This document shows positions 10,255 to 19,028 of a stretch of 64,000 bases of DNA, piece by piece (the first letter of the stretch is position 1; the number at the start of each line of letters is the position of its first letter). Location of the stretch: the NCBI GenBank assembly GCA_037481615.1, contig JBBFLI010000023.1. One strand, given 5' to 3'. This stretch comes from Desulfobacterales bacterium. GTDB taxonomy: Bacteria; Desulfobacterota; Desulfobacteria; Desulfobacterales; SpSt-501. Made by a program: the position numbers and the translations under genes. The notes beneath the pieces were generated by a model that saw only the letters and a list, made by a program, of their open reading frames with translations, was not told where the DNA came from and searched no databases.

Positions 10255-10932
10255 ATGATCGTTGCCAAGCGCAAACCGTTCGAGGAGATTCTGCAGATGA
10301 TCGACGGCCACCGCAAGGTGCTCGTCGCCGGCTGCGGGACCTGTGTCGCCGTCTGCCTGGCGGGCGGCGAGAAGGAGGTCGCGGTGCTCGTCGCCGAGAT
10401 CGACATGGCGCGGCGGCTCAAGAACCGGCCGATCGAACTCGGTCAGACGACGCTCGAGCGCCAATGCGACCGGGAGTATCTCGCCCAGCTCGACGGCCGG
10501 GCGGAGTCCTACGAGGCGATCGTCTCGCTCGCCTGCGGGGTGGGGATCCAGTTCCTCGCCGAGCGCTTCCCGAAGATCCCCGTCTATCCGGGGGTGGACA
10601 CCTGCGGGCTGGCGGTCAACCAGGACGTCGGCTGGTACGAGGAGCGCTGCCGCTCCTGCGGCCGCTGCGTGCTCGACCGCACGGGGGGCATCTGCCCGGT
10701 GACGCTCTGCGCCAAGGGGCTCTACAACGGTCCCTGCGGCGGGACCAACCGCGGCTCCTGCGAGATCGACCCCGAGCAGCCCTGCGCCTGGTATGCGATC
10801 TACGAGCGGCTCAAGGGGCAGGGCAGGCTCGATCGCATCCGCGCCATCACGCCGGCCCAGGAGTGGAGGGACACCGTGCCGCGGACCCTCATCCAGCCGG
10901 GCTACCGCAAACCGGAAAAGGCCAAGTCCTGA
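10255..10932 (+). CDS. metV: MetV (MTHFR C-terminal-domain Fe-S/Zn subunit)
   Basis: GCGTCVAVCLAGG, ERQCD, LACGVG, ERCRSCGRC, GICPVTLCAKGLYNGPCGG..CE..PCAW; directly upstream of metF. Confidence 0.9.
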   Translation: MIVAKRKPFEEILQMIDGHRKVLVAGCGTCVAVCLAGGEKEVAVLVAEIDMARRLKNRPIELGQTTLERQCDREYLAQLDGRAESYEAIVSLACGVGIQFLAERFPKIPVYPGVDTCGLAVNQDVGWYEERCRSCGRCVLDRTGGICPVTLCAKGLYNGPCGGTNRGSCEIDPEQPCAWYAIYERLKGQGRLDRIRAITPAQEWRDTVPRTLIQPGYRKPEKAKS

Positions 10933-10984
10933 GCCGCCGCCGTCGGCTCGCACCGATACCGCCTTCGACCGAGGGGTGAGACCC

Positions 10985-11914
10985 ATGATGAAATCGGGCA
11001 GCAACCTGGAGAAGATCCTGCGTGCGGGGCATTTCGCGTTCACCGGCGAGCTCGGGCCGCCCCGCGGCGCGCACGCCGAGGAGGTGCGCAAGAAAGCCGC
11101 CCACCTCAAGGGCCGGGTGGACGCGGTGAACATCACCGACAACCAGACGGCGGTCGTGCGCATGGCGAGCTGGGCGGCTTCGCTCATCCTGATCCAGGAA
11201 GGCCTCGAGCCCAACTACCAGATGGTCTGCCGCGACCGGAACCGGCTTGCCATGCAGGCCGACATTCTCGGCGCGGCGGCCCTGGGCATCCGCAACATGC
11301 TCTGCCTCTCGGGCGACCACTGCCTCTTCGGCGATCACCCGACCGCCAAAGGGGTCTTCGATCTCGACTCCATCCAGCTCATCCGCATGGTGAAGCAGCT
11401 GCGCGACGAGGGCAAGTTCCAGAGCGGCGCCGATGTGGACGGCCGGCCGGCGATCTTCATCGGGGCGGCGGCGAACCCCTTCGCCGATCCCTTCGAGTGG
11501 CGCATCCAGCGGCTGGCGAAGAAGGTCGAGGCCGGGGTCGACTTCATCCAGACGCAGTGCATCTACAACATGGCCAAGTTCCGCGAGTTCATCCGGCTGG
11601 CGAACGAGGAGGGCCTCACCGAAAAGGTCTTCATCCTGGCCGGCATCACGCCGATGAAGAGCCTCGGCATGGCCAAGTACATGAAGACCAAGGTGCCCGG
11701 GATGGACGTCCCCGACGGGATCATCACCCGGCTCCAGGGGGTCCCCCGCGACAAGCAGGCCGAGGAGGGGATCAAGATCGCCCTCGAGCAGATCGCCGAG
11801 CTGAAAGAGATGAAGGGCGTGCACGGCGTGCACCTGATGGCGATCGAGTGGGAGCACCGTGTGCCCGAGATCGCCGAGCGGGCCGGGATGCTGCCGCGTC
11901 CCGTGGTGAACTGA
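10985..11914 (+). CDS. metF: 5,10-methylenetetrahydrofolate reductase MetF
   Basis: FTGELGPPRG, VDAVNITDNQ, QMVCRDRNRLAMQ, LCLSGDH, KKVEAGVDFIQTQ, GVHLMAIEWE. Confidence 0.93.
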   Translation: MMKSGSNLEKILRAGHFAFTGELGPPRGAHAEEVRKKAAHLKGRVDAVNITDNQTAVVRMASWAASLILIQEGLEPNYQMVCRDRNRLAMQADILGAAALGIRNMLCLSGDHCLFGDHPTAKGVFDLDSIQLIRMVKQLRDEGKFQSGADVDGRPAIFIGAAANPFADPFEWRIQRLAKKVEAGVDFIQTQCIYNMAKFREFIRLANEEGLTEKVFILAGITPMKSLGMAKYMKTKVPGMDVPDGIITRLQGVPRDKQAEEGIKIALEQIAELKEMKGVHGVHLMAIEWEHRVPEIAERAGMLPRPVVN

Positions 11915-11919
11915 ACGCC

Positions 11920-11951
11920 AGCCCCCGGCGGCTTCCGCCGCCGGCTTTTTT
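11920..11951 (+). terminator. Rho-independent terminator after metF
   Basis: CGGCGG-CTT-CCGCCG hairpin with flanking AGCC/GGCT pairing, followed by TTTTTT. Confidence 0.7.
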
Positions 11952-11958
11952 GCCCGCG

Positions 11959-11978
11959 TTATGAATCTCCATTCATAA
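11959..11978. promoter_or_regulatory. Palindromic operator-like site upstream of tetR
   Basis: Perfect inverted repeat TTATGAAT-CTCC-ATTCATAA; shares the ATGAAT half-site with 12068-12094. Confidence 0.55.
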
Positions 11979-12042
11979 TTTTGTTTCCGCTTGCAAAGCC
12001 GCCCACCAGAACGAGATACCACCGGGATAGTTTGTTTTTTTG

Positions 12043-12094
12043 TTGACAGCCCGACTCGTTCCGGTTAATGAATGAACGCTCATTCATGAATGAG
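12043..12094 (+). promoter_or_regulatory. Promoter with overlapping FadR(TetR)-type operator
   Basis: TTGACA at 12043-12048. ATGAATGA-ACGC-TCATTCAT (12068-12087) resembles the Bacillus FadR/YsiA box. An overlapping perfect palindrome CTCATTCATGAATGAG spans 12079-12094. Confidence 0.75.
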
Positions 12095-12102
12095 ACGCAA
12101 CC

Positions 12103-12753
12103 ATGACCACGCCCGATCCCGAAGACCGCAGCGCCAAGATCCAGCGCATTCTGGAGGCCGCGGTGCGCGTCTTCGCCCGTCAGGGTTTCCACCAGTCGAC
12201 GGTGGCCCAGGTGGCGCGTGAGGCCGGGGTCGCCGACGGGACGATCTACAACTATTTCCGGAACAAGGACGATATCTTGATCCAGTTCTTCGCCGTGCGC
12301 GCCGGCCAGGTCTTCGCCCGCTTCCGCAGCGAGGTGGCGCGGGCGGCGAACGGCCTCGAAAAGCTGCGGCTGCTCATCCGGGCGCATCTGGCCGAGTTCC
12401 AGCGCGACCCGGACATGGCCGTGGTCTACGAGACCGAGACCCACCAGAGCAGCCGTCTCGCCGAGGAGCAGATCCGCGCCATGGCGAAGACCTACCAGGA
12501 CATTCTCGCCGAGATCATCGAGCAGGGGCAGGAGGAGGGCCTTTTCCGCCGCGATCTCTATGCCGGTCTCGTCAAGCGTCTGATCCTGGGCGCGGTGCAG
12601 GAGACGATCAGCTCCTGGCTGCGCTCGGGCCGACCTTACGATCTGGTCTCCATGGCGGATCCGCTGGTCGATCTCTTCCTCCACGGGATCGCCCAGAGCC
12701 CCCCCGCCGCGGAGAACCGTGCGTCCCGAACACCGCAAACCGAGGAGGGCTGA
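12103..12753 (+). CDS. TetR/AcrR-family regulator, FadR(YsiA)-like
   Basis: ILEAAVRVFARQGFHQSTVAQVAREAGVADGTIYNYFRNKDDIL; first gene of a fatty-acid oxidation operon. Confidence 0.92.
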   Translation: MTTPDPEDRSAKIQRILEAAVRVFARQGFHQSTVAQVAREAGVADGTIYNYFRNKDDILIQFFAVRAGQVFARFRSEVARAANGLEKLRLLIRAHLAEFQRDPDMAVVYETETHQSSRLAEEQIRAMAKTYQDILAEIIEQGQEEGLFRRDLYAGLVKRLILGAVQETISSWLRSGRPYDLVSMADPLVDLFLHGIAQSPPAAENRASRTPQTEEG

Positions 12754-12756
12754 GGC

Positions 12757-14574
12757 ATGGCGCAATGGATCGCCGACCGCCGGGATGTCGATTTCGTGCT
12801 CCACGAGCAGCTGCGCGTGGCGGAGCTTGCAGCGCATGAGCGGTTCGCCGACTTCAACCGCAAGACGGTGGACCTCGTCGTGGCCGAGGTGCGCAACCTC
12901 GCCCTCAAGGAGATCCTGCCCACGCAGAAGGACGGCGACCGGATCGGGGCGCGCTTCGACGCCGGCCGCGTGACCGTGCCGGAGTCCTTTCACAAGGCCT
13001 GGCGCGCGCTGCGGGAGGGCGACTGGATCGCCATGACCGAGGACCCCGAGTGGGGCGGCCAGGGCATGCCGCACACGCTCGCCATGGCCGCGACCGACTA
13101 CCTGAACGGGGCGAACTTCGCCTTCATGATGTACGCGGGGCTGACCCACGGCGCGGGCAAGCTGATCGAGCGTTTCGGGACCCCGGAGCAGAAGCGGATG
13201 TTTCTCAAGAACATGTTCACCGGCCGCTGGACGGGGACGATGCTCCTCACCGAGCCCGAGGCGGGCTCCGATGTCGGAGCCCTCACCACCTCGGCCGTGC
13301 GGCGGCCGGACGGGACCTACGCCCTGACCGGCAACAAGATCTTCATCTCCTCGGGCGAGCACGATCTCGCCGAGAACATCATCCACCCCGTGCTCGCGCG
13401 CATCGAGGGGGCCCCTCCCGGAACGGCGGGGATCTCGCTGTTCCTCGTCCCCAAGATCTGGGTCCACCCCGACGGGAGCCTGGGCGAGCCGAACGACATC
13501 GTCTGCACCGGGATCGAGGAAAAGATGGGGATCCACGGCAACGCGACCTGCGCCATGGCCCTGGGCAGCCGCGGGGCCTGCCGCGGGCTGCTTCTCGGCG
13601 AGGAGAACAAGGGCATGCGCACGATGTTCCTCATGATGAACGAGGCGCGCCTGCTGGTCGGCTCCCAGGGGCTCGCCTGCGCGAGCGCGGCCTATCTCTA
13701 CGCCGTGAACTACGCCCGCGAGCGCATCCAGGGCCGCCACCTGCTGAAGGCCATGGACAAGGCCGCCCCCCCGGTGCCGATCATCCAGCACCCCGACGTG
13801 CGCCGCATGCTGATCACGATGAAAGCCTATGTCGAGGGCATGAGGAGTCTGCTCTACTACATCGGGCGCCTCGAGGACCTGAAGACGCTCGCCCCCGATG
13901 AGGAGCGCCGCCAGGGGTACCAGGGGATGATCGATTTTCTCATCCCCATCGCCAAGGCCTACGTGACCGAGCGCGCCTGCGAGGTCTGCAACCTCGGGAT
14001 CCAGGTCTACGGCGGCTACGGTTACATCCGCGAGTACCCCATGGAGCAGCTCCTGCGCGACTGCCGCATCACGCCGATCTACGAGGGGACCAACGGCATC
14101 CAGGCGATGGACCTGCTCGGCCGCAAGCTCGGACTGAACGGCGGAAAACCGATGATGGATCTCCTGGCCGAGATCCAGAAGACGCTCGCGTTCGCCCGCC
14201 GCCAGCCGCGCACGGCCCCGCTCGCCGCGCCCCTCGAACAGGCGCTCGGGAAACTGGGCGAGGTGGCGATGCACCTCGGGGCGGCGGCGCTCTCGGAGAA
14301 GGTCCTGGTCGCCTTCGCCTACGCGCACCCCTTCCTCACGGTCTGCGGCGACGTGCTCACGGCCTGGATGCTCCTGTGGCGCGCCGCGCTCGCCGCGGAG
14401 AAGCTCGCCCAGGGCGCGCGCGACAAGGAGGCGCTCTTCTACGAGGGGCAGATCCAGAGCGCCCGCTGGTTCCTGGCCAACGAAATCCCGGTCAGCCTCG
14501 GCCGCATGCAGGCGATCCTCGCTGCGGACCCGGCGGCCGTGGAGACGGCCGAGGAGTCCTTCGGCGGCAAATGA
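12757..14574 (+). CDS. Acyl-CoA dehydrogenase (long, ~600 aa type)
   Basis: GTMLLTEPEAGSDVG, GNKIFISSGEHD, EEKMGIHGNATC, GIQVYGGYGY, IYEGTNGIQAMDL. Confidence 0.95.
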   Translation: MAQWIADRRDVDFVLHEQLRVAELAAHERFADFNRKTVDLVVAEVRNLALKEILPTQKDGDRIGARFDAGRVTVPESFHKAWRALREGDWIAMTEDPEWGGQGMPHTLAMAATDYLNGANFAFMMYAGLTHGAGKLIERFGTPEQKRMFLKNMFTGRWTGTMLLTEPEAGSDVGALTTSAVRRPDGTYALTGNKIFISSGEHDLAENIIHPVLARIEGAPPGTAGISLFLVPKIWVHPDGSLGEPNDIVCTGIEEKMGIHGNATCAMALGSRGACRGLLLGEENKGMRTMFLMMNEARLLVGSQGLACASAAYLYAVNYARERIQGRHLLKAMDKAAPPVPIIQHPDVRRMLITMKAYVEGMRSLLYYIGRLEDLKTLAPDEERRQGYQGMIDFLIPIAKAYVTERACEVCNLGIQVYGGYGYIREYPMEQLLRDCRITPIYEGTNGIQAMDLLGRKLGLNGGKPMMDLLAEIQKTLAFARRQPRTAPLAAPLEQALGKLGEVAMHLGAAALSEKVLVAFAYAHPFLTVCGDVLTAWMLLWRAALAAEKLAQGARDKEALFYEGQIQSARWFLANEIPVSLGRMQAILAADPAAVETAEESFGGK

Positions 14575-14733
14575 ATCCCCCCGCGGGCGGCCGTTGTCCG
14601 TCCGCGGCGACCGTGGTATAGGAGCACCTCGACCCGCGGGCGGACGCCGGTCGGCTTCCCCAGCCGGAAGCCCGGCGCCGGCCGCCCGCGGCAATCCCGG
14701 CCCGGGGCCGGCCGGCCCCGGCAAAGGAGACGC

Positions 14734-16845
14734 ATGGAACCGGCCCTCGTCCCCCCCGCCGCCGCAACGCTCTCGGGCATTCCCGCCCGCCTGATCTTCC
14801 TCCTGGTTCCCCTCCTCGGCATCGGCCTCTTCGCCCGGATCATCCGGCGCCGGCTCGAACCCCTGCGGCGGGCGGCCCCCGACGACCGCTTCAACCGCTG
14901 GGGGGAGCGTCTCGCGGCCGTCTTCCGCCTCTGGCTCGCCCAGGCGCGCCAGCCGCGCTATTTCCTGGCGGGCGTGCTCCACATCGTCGTCTTCTTCGGC
15001 TTTCTCATCCTCGCGGCGCGCTCGCTCGAGCTCGTCGTGCTCGGCTTCGTCGAGGGCTTCGTGCTGCCCGGTTTCGGGGGGGCCTTCGGCGCGGCCTACC
15101 GCGCCCTGAAGGACATCGCCGCCACGGCCGTCCTCGTCGCCGTGGTGATCCTCGCCGTGCGCCGCCTCGTCTTCCGGCCCGCCCGCTATGCCGTGCCCGC
15201 GCGATACGGCAAGGACCACACCCCCGAGGCGATCCTCGTCCTCGGGCTGATCGCCACCCTGCTGGTCAGCGAGGGGATCTTCGAGGCGAGCCTCCTCGCC
15301 GCCGAGCGGCAGCTCGGCCGGGAGACACACGCTCTGCTGCCCTTGACCCTCCCCTGGGCCTTCGCGCGGCTCCTTTCCTCCGCCCCGCGCGAGGCGCTGC
15401 AGGCGCTCCACCTCGCCGCCTACGCCGTCCACGACTTCGCCTTCTTCTTCTTCCTGTGCTTTCTCCCCTTCGGCAAGCACTTCCACGTCGTCACCTCGCT
15501 CTTCAACGTCTTCTTCATGCGGCTCGACCCCGGCACGGTGAAACCCGTGCGGCACGGGGTGGGCGACGAGGAACTCGACCGGCTCGAATCCTTCGGCGTC
15601 AAGCGCTTCGAGGACTTCACCTGGAAGCACATGCTCGATTTCTACTCCTGCGCCGACTGCGGGCGCTGCTCGGACCGCTGCCCCGCGAACCGCGTCGGGC
15701 GCCCCCTCTCGCCGCGCTTCATCTCGATCAAGGCGCGCGATCTCTGCTTCCGGCGCTATCCCGTGCGCGGCCCGATCGCCGCGGCGACCGAGCCGTTGAT
15801 CGGGGGGATCTACGCCGAGGACGAGATCTGGTCCTGCACGACCTGCGGGGCCTGCGAGGAGGAGTGCCCGCTCGGCATCGAGTACATCGACAAGATGGTC
15901 GACCTGCGGCGCGGCATGGTGGACGACGGGCTCGTGCCGCAGTCGCTGCAGAAGCCGCTCGCGGCGCTCGAAAAGCGCGGCAACCCCTGGGGGAAGATGG
16001 AGAAGAAGCGCGGCGACTGGACCCTCGGGGTGGGCGAGGGCTGCCGCGTCAAGCTCTTCGAGAAGGGCGAGGAGGCCGAGGCGCTCTACTTCGTCGACAG
16101 CATCACCTCCTACGACGACCGCATGCAGAAGATCGCCCAGGCCGCCGCCCGGGTCTTCTGCGCGGCGGGCGTCGACTTCGGCATCCTCGGCAAGGACGAG
16201 AAGGACTCCGGCCACGAGGTGCGCCGCTTCGGCGAGGAGATGCTCTTCCAGAGCCTGAAGGAGCACAACACCGAGGCCATCCGGGCGACGGGCGCGCGCT
16301 GGATCGTGACGACCGACCCCCACGCCTACAACGCGCTGCGCAAGGATTACGCGGGGCTGCCGCCCGTGCGCCACGCGAGCGAAGTGATCCTCGAGGCGCT
16401 GCGCGCCGGACGGCTTGCGCTCGCCCCCGCCGGCGACGGGGTGCGCACCTGCGTCTACCACGACCCCTGCTACCTCGGGCGCCACAACCGCCTCTACGAA
16501 CCCCCGCGGCAGGTGATCGACCTTCTGCCCGGGCTGCGCCGGGTCGAGATGGAAGGCGACTGCCGCGACCGCTCCTTCTGCTGCGGCGGCGGGGGCCTGA
16601 TGCTCTTCTACGAGCCCGAGGAGGAGATGCGCATGGGGGTCGTGCGCGTGAAGATGGCCAAGGCGGCCGGCGCCGAGCTGATCGTCGCCGCCTGCCCCTT
16701 CTGCCTCGTGAATCTGGAGGATGCGATCAAGGTGGCCGGCCTGGAGGGAGAACTCGAGGCGGTCGATCTCTGCGAACTCGTCGACCGGTGCCTCGCGCGC
16801 GCGGGCGGGCGAAGCACGGCGAACGGACAGGGAGGCACGGCATGA
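14734..16845 (+). CDS. Membrane Fe-S oxidoreductase, HdrF/FadF/EMO type (ETF:menaquinone oxidoreductase-like)
   Basis: Hydrophobic N-terminus with His residues; CADCGRCSDRCP and CTTCGACEEECP; CCG domain YHDPC/CCGGGG/ACPFC; stop overlaps the etfB start (ATGA). Confidence 0.9.
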   Translation: MEPALVPPAAATLSGIPARLIFLLVPLLGIGLFARIIRRRLEPLRRAAPDDRFNRWGERLAAVFRLWLAQARQPRYFLAGVLHIVVFFGFLILAARSLELVVLGFVEGFVLPGFGGAFGAAYRALKDIAATAVLVAVVILAVRRLVFRPARYAVPARYGKDHTPEAILVLGLIATLLVSEGIFEASLLAAERQLGRETHALLPLTLPWAFARLLSSAPREALQALHLAAYAVHDFAFFFFLCFLPFGKHFHVVTSLFNVFFMRLDPGTVKPVRHGVGDEELDRLESFGVKRFEDFTWKHMLDFYSCADCGRCSDRCPANRVGRPLSPRFISIKARDLCFRRYPVRGPIAAATEPLIGGIYAEDEIWSCTTCGACEEECPLGIEYIDKMVDLRRGMVDDGLVPQSLQKPLAALEKRGNPWGKMEKKRGDWTLGVGEGCRVKLFEKGEEAEALYFVDSITSYDDRMQKIAQAAARVFCAAGVDFGILGKDEKDSGHEVRRFGEEMLFQSLKEHNTEAIRATGARWIVTTDPHAYNALRKDYAGLPPVRHASEVILEALRAGRLALAPAGDGVRTCVYHDPCYLGRHNRLYEPPRQVIDLLPGLRRVEMEGDCRDRSFCCGGGGLMLFYEPEEEMRMGVVRVKMAKAAGAELIVAACPFCLVNLEDAIKVAGLEGELEAVDLCELVDRCLARAGGRSTANGQGGTA

Positions 16846-17633
16846 ACATTCTGGTATGCGTCAAGCGGGTCCCGGACACGGCCGAAAACGAGATCGAAGT
16901 CCGACCCGACGGGACCGACATCCGGCGGGAGGATCTCGTCTACTCGGTGAACGAGTGGGACAACTACGCGGTCGAGGAGGCGATCCAGATCGCCGAGCGG
17001 ACCGGGGGCACGGTGACGGTGGCGACCGTCGGCTCCGCCGACGACGAGGAGGTCGTGCGGCGCGAGATGGCGATGGGCGCTCAGCAGGGGCTGATGCTGA
17101 CCGACCCCGCCTTCGAGGGCTCCGACGGCCGGGGGATCGCCGAGATCCTCCGGGCCGCCGTCGCGCGCGGAAGCTACGATCTGGTCCTCTGCGGCGCTCA
17201 GGCCGACGACGGCGCCGGCCAGGTGGGCGGCATGCTCGCCGCGCTGCTCGATTGGCCCTACGCCTCGCTGGTCAACCGGATCGAGGTCCTCGAGGGGAAA
17301 AAGCTCCGCATCGGCCGGGAGATCGAGGGCGGAAACCAGGAGCTGAGCGAGATCGAGCTGCCCTGCGTGCTCTCGATCCAGACGGGGATCAACGAGCCGC
17401 GCTACGTCGGCATCCGCGGCATCCGCAAGGTGGCCTCGGTCGAGATCCCCGTGCTCGGCGCCGCCGATCTCGGGATCGACTCCGCGCGGGTCGGCCGCGC
17501 CGCCTGCCGGGTGCGCAAACTCGACTACTTCGTGCCCCCTGCCGGCGCGGGGGCCGAGATCCTGCAGGGCAGCCCCGAGGAAATCGCCGCCCGGCTGGTC
17601 GATCTGCTGAAAGCCAAAGGAGGGCTCAAGTGA
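16842..17633 (+). CDS. etfB: Electron transfer flavoprotein beta subunit
   Basis: MNILVCVKRVPDT, NEWDNYAVEEA, DLVLCGAQADDG, INEPRY. Confidence 0.95.
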   Translation: MNILVCVKRVPDTAENEIEVRPDGTDIRREDLVYSVNEWDNYAVEEAIQIAERTGGTVTVATVGSADDEEVVRREMAMGAQQGLMLTDPAFEGSDGRGIAEILRAAVARGSYDLVLCGAQADDGAGQVGGMLAALLDWPYASLVNRIEVLEGKKLRIGREIEGGNQELSEIELPCVLSIQTGINEPRYVGIRGIRKVASVEIPVLGAADLGIDSARVGRAACRVRKLDYFVPPAGAGAEILQGSPEEIAARLVDLLKAKGGLK

Positions 17634-18607
17634 TGGCAGCGCAGGTCTTCGCCTTCATCCCCCATGCGAATTCCCGCATCGACGACGCCGCCCCCGAGCT
17701 GGCCGCCGCGGCGGCTCGGCTCTTCCCCGGCGCCGCCGTCACCGCGCTCGTCGCCGGCGACGGGGCCGGCCTCGAGGGGGTGTGCGCCGAGGCGGGCCGC
17801 TTTTTCGCCGAAGTCTGGAAGTTCGCCCACCCGGATCTCGCCTACCCGAACGCCGAGATCCTGCGGCCGCTGCTCGCGCGCGTGCTGCCGCGCGGGGCGG
17901 TCGTCCTGTTCCCCCACAACACGCTCGCCATGGATCTCGCCCCGGGGCTTTCGGTCAAGCTCGACGCCGCCTATCTGCCGGACATCGTCGCCCTCGAAGG
18001 GATCGAGGGGACGCTGCTGCGCGGGGTCCGCCAGGAGTTCAACGGCCAGGTGAGCACGCACGTCGCCTGCGATCTCGCGGGCGGCGCGGTGATCACGCTG
18101 CGCTCCGGCTGCTTTCCCGCGGCCGGTGAGCTCCCCGCGGCGGGCCGGGTGGTCGACCGCTCCGCCGACGTGACGGGGACCGCCGCGCGGCGGCGTTTCC
18201 TCGAGGTGGTCGCCGCCGAGGTGGGCGATGTCGACATCACCAAGGAGGATGTGCTCGTTTCGGTCGGGCGCGGCATCGGCGACAAGGAGAACCTGCCCGT
18301 GGCCGAGGAGCTCGCCGAGGCCCTGGGCGCAGTGGTCTCCTGTTCGCGGCCGGTCGTGGACGCCAAATGGCTCGACAAGAGCCGCCAGGTGGGCACCTCG
18401 GGCAAGACCGTGAAGCCGAAGGTCTATCTCGCCCTCGGGATCAGCGGCTCCTTCCAGCACATGGGCGGCATCAAGGGCAACCCCTTCATCGTCGCCGTGA
18501 ACAAGAACCCCAAGGCCCCCATCTTCCAGGTGGCCCAGGTCGGGGTGGTGGCCGACCTGCTCGAGTTCGCCCCGGTCCTGGCCGAGGCGGTGCGGAAAGC
18601 GAGGTGA
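17633..18607 (+). CDS. etfA: Electron transfer flavoprotein alpha subunit
   Basis: VSVGRGIG, CSRPVVD, QVGTSGKTVKPKVYLALGISGSFQHMGG, AVNKNPKAPIF; TGATG coupling to etfB. Confidence 0.95.
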   Translation: MAAQVFAFIPHANSRIDDAAPELAAAAARLFPGAAVTALVAGDGAGLEGVCAEAGRFFAEVWKFAHPDLAYPNAEILRPLLARVLPRGAVVLFPHNTLAMDLAPGLSVKLDAAYLPDIVALEGIEGTLLRGVRQEFNGQVSTHVACDLAGGAVITLRSGCFPAAGELPAAGRVVDRSADVTGTAARRRFLEVVAAEVGDVDITKEDVLVSVGRGIGDKENLPVAEELAEALGAVVSCSRPVVDAKWLDKSRQVGTSGKTVKPKVYLALGISGSFQHMGGIKGNPFIVAVNKNPKAPIFQVAQVGVVADLLEFAPVLAEAVRKAR

Positions 18608-18610
18608 ACG

Positions 18611-18988
18611 GTGAAGGAGATCGTCGCCGCCGCCGGAGCGCCCCAGGCGATCGGGCCGTATTCCCAGGCGGTGCGCCTGGGAAACCTCCTCTTCGTCTCG
18701 GGGCAGCTCGCCCTCGACCCCGCAACCGGGGAGCCGGTCGCGGGGGGAGTCGAGGAGCAGACGCGGCGGGTCATGGAGAACCTGAAGGCCGTGGTCGAGG
18801 CGGCGGGTTTCCGGCTGGCCGACGCCCTCCAGGCGACCTGTTTCCTGAGCGACCTCGAGGACTTCGCCGCCTTCAACCGCGTCTATGCCTCCTACTTCGG
18901 GGCCGACCCCCCCGCACGGGTCACCGTCCAGGCCGCGCGTCTGCCGCGGGGCCTGCGGGTCGAGGTCGCCCTGATCTGCGGCCGGTAA
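18611..18988 (+). CDS. ridA: RidA-family enamine/imine deaminase
   Basis: APQAIGPYSQA, FVSGQL, FNRVYASYF..PPAR..V..LP..VE. Confidence 0.92.
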   Translation: MKEIVAAAGAPQAIGPYSQAVRLGNLLFVSGQLALDPATGEPVAGGVEEQTRRVMENLKAVVEAAGFRLADALQATCFLSDLEDFAAFNRVYASYFGADPPARVTVQAARLPRGLRVEVALICGR

Positions 18989-19028
18989 AAGGGAGGGCGG
19001 CCGCCGCCCGCGGCCGCCCGCCTCTCCC

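Noticed and set aside
14575-14733. GC-rich inverted repeats here and in other intergenic gaps (about 39325, 47960-48160, 61133-61160) as a REP/MITE family
   Set aside because: No shared sequence of consistent length, no target-site duplications and no transposase.
11959-16485. 1508-aa minus ORF
   Set aside because: Antisense to tetR, ACAD and EMO, which carry clear family motifs.
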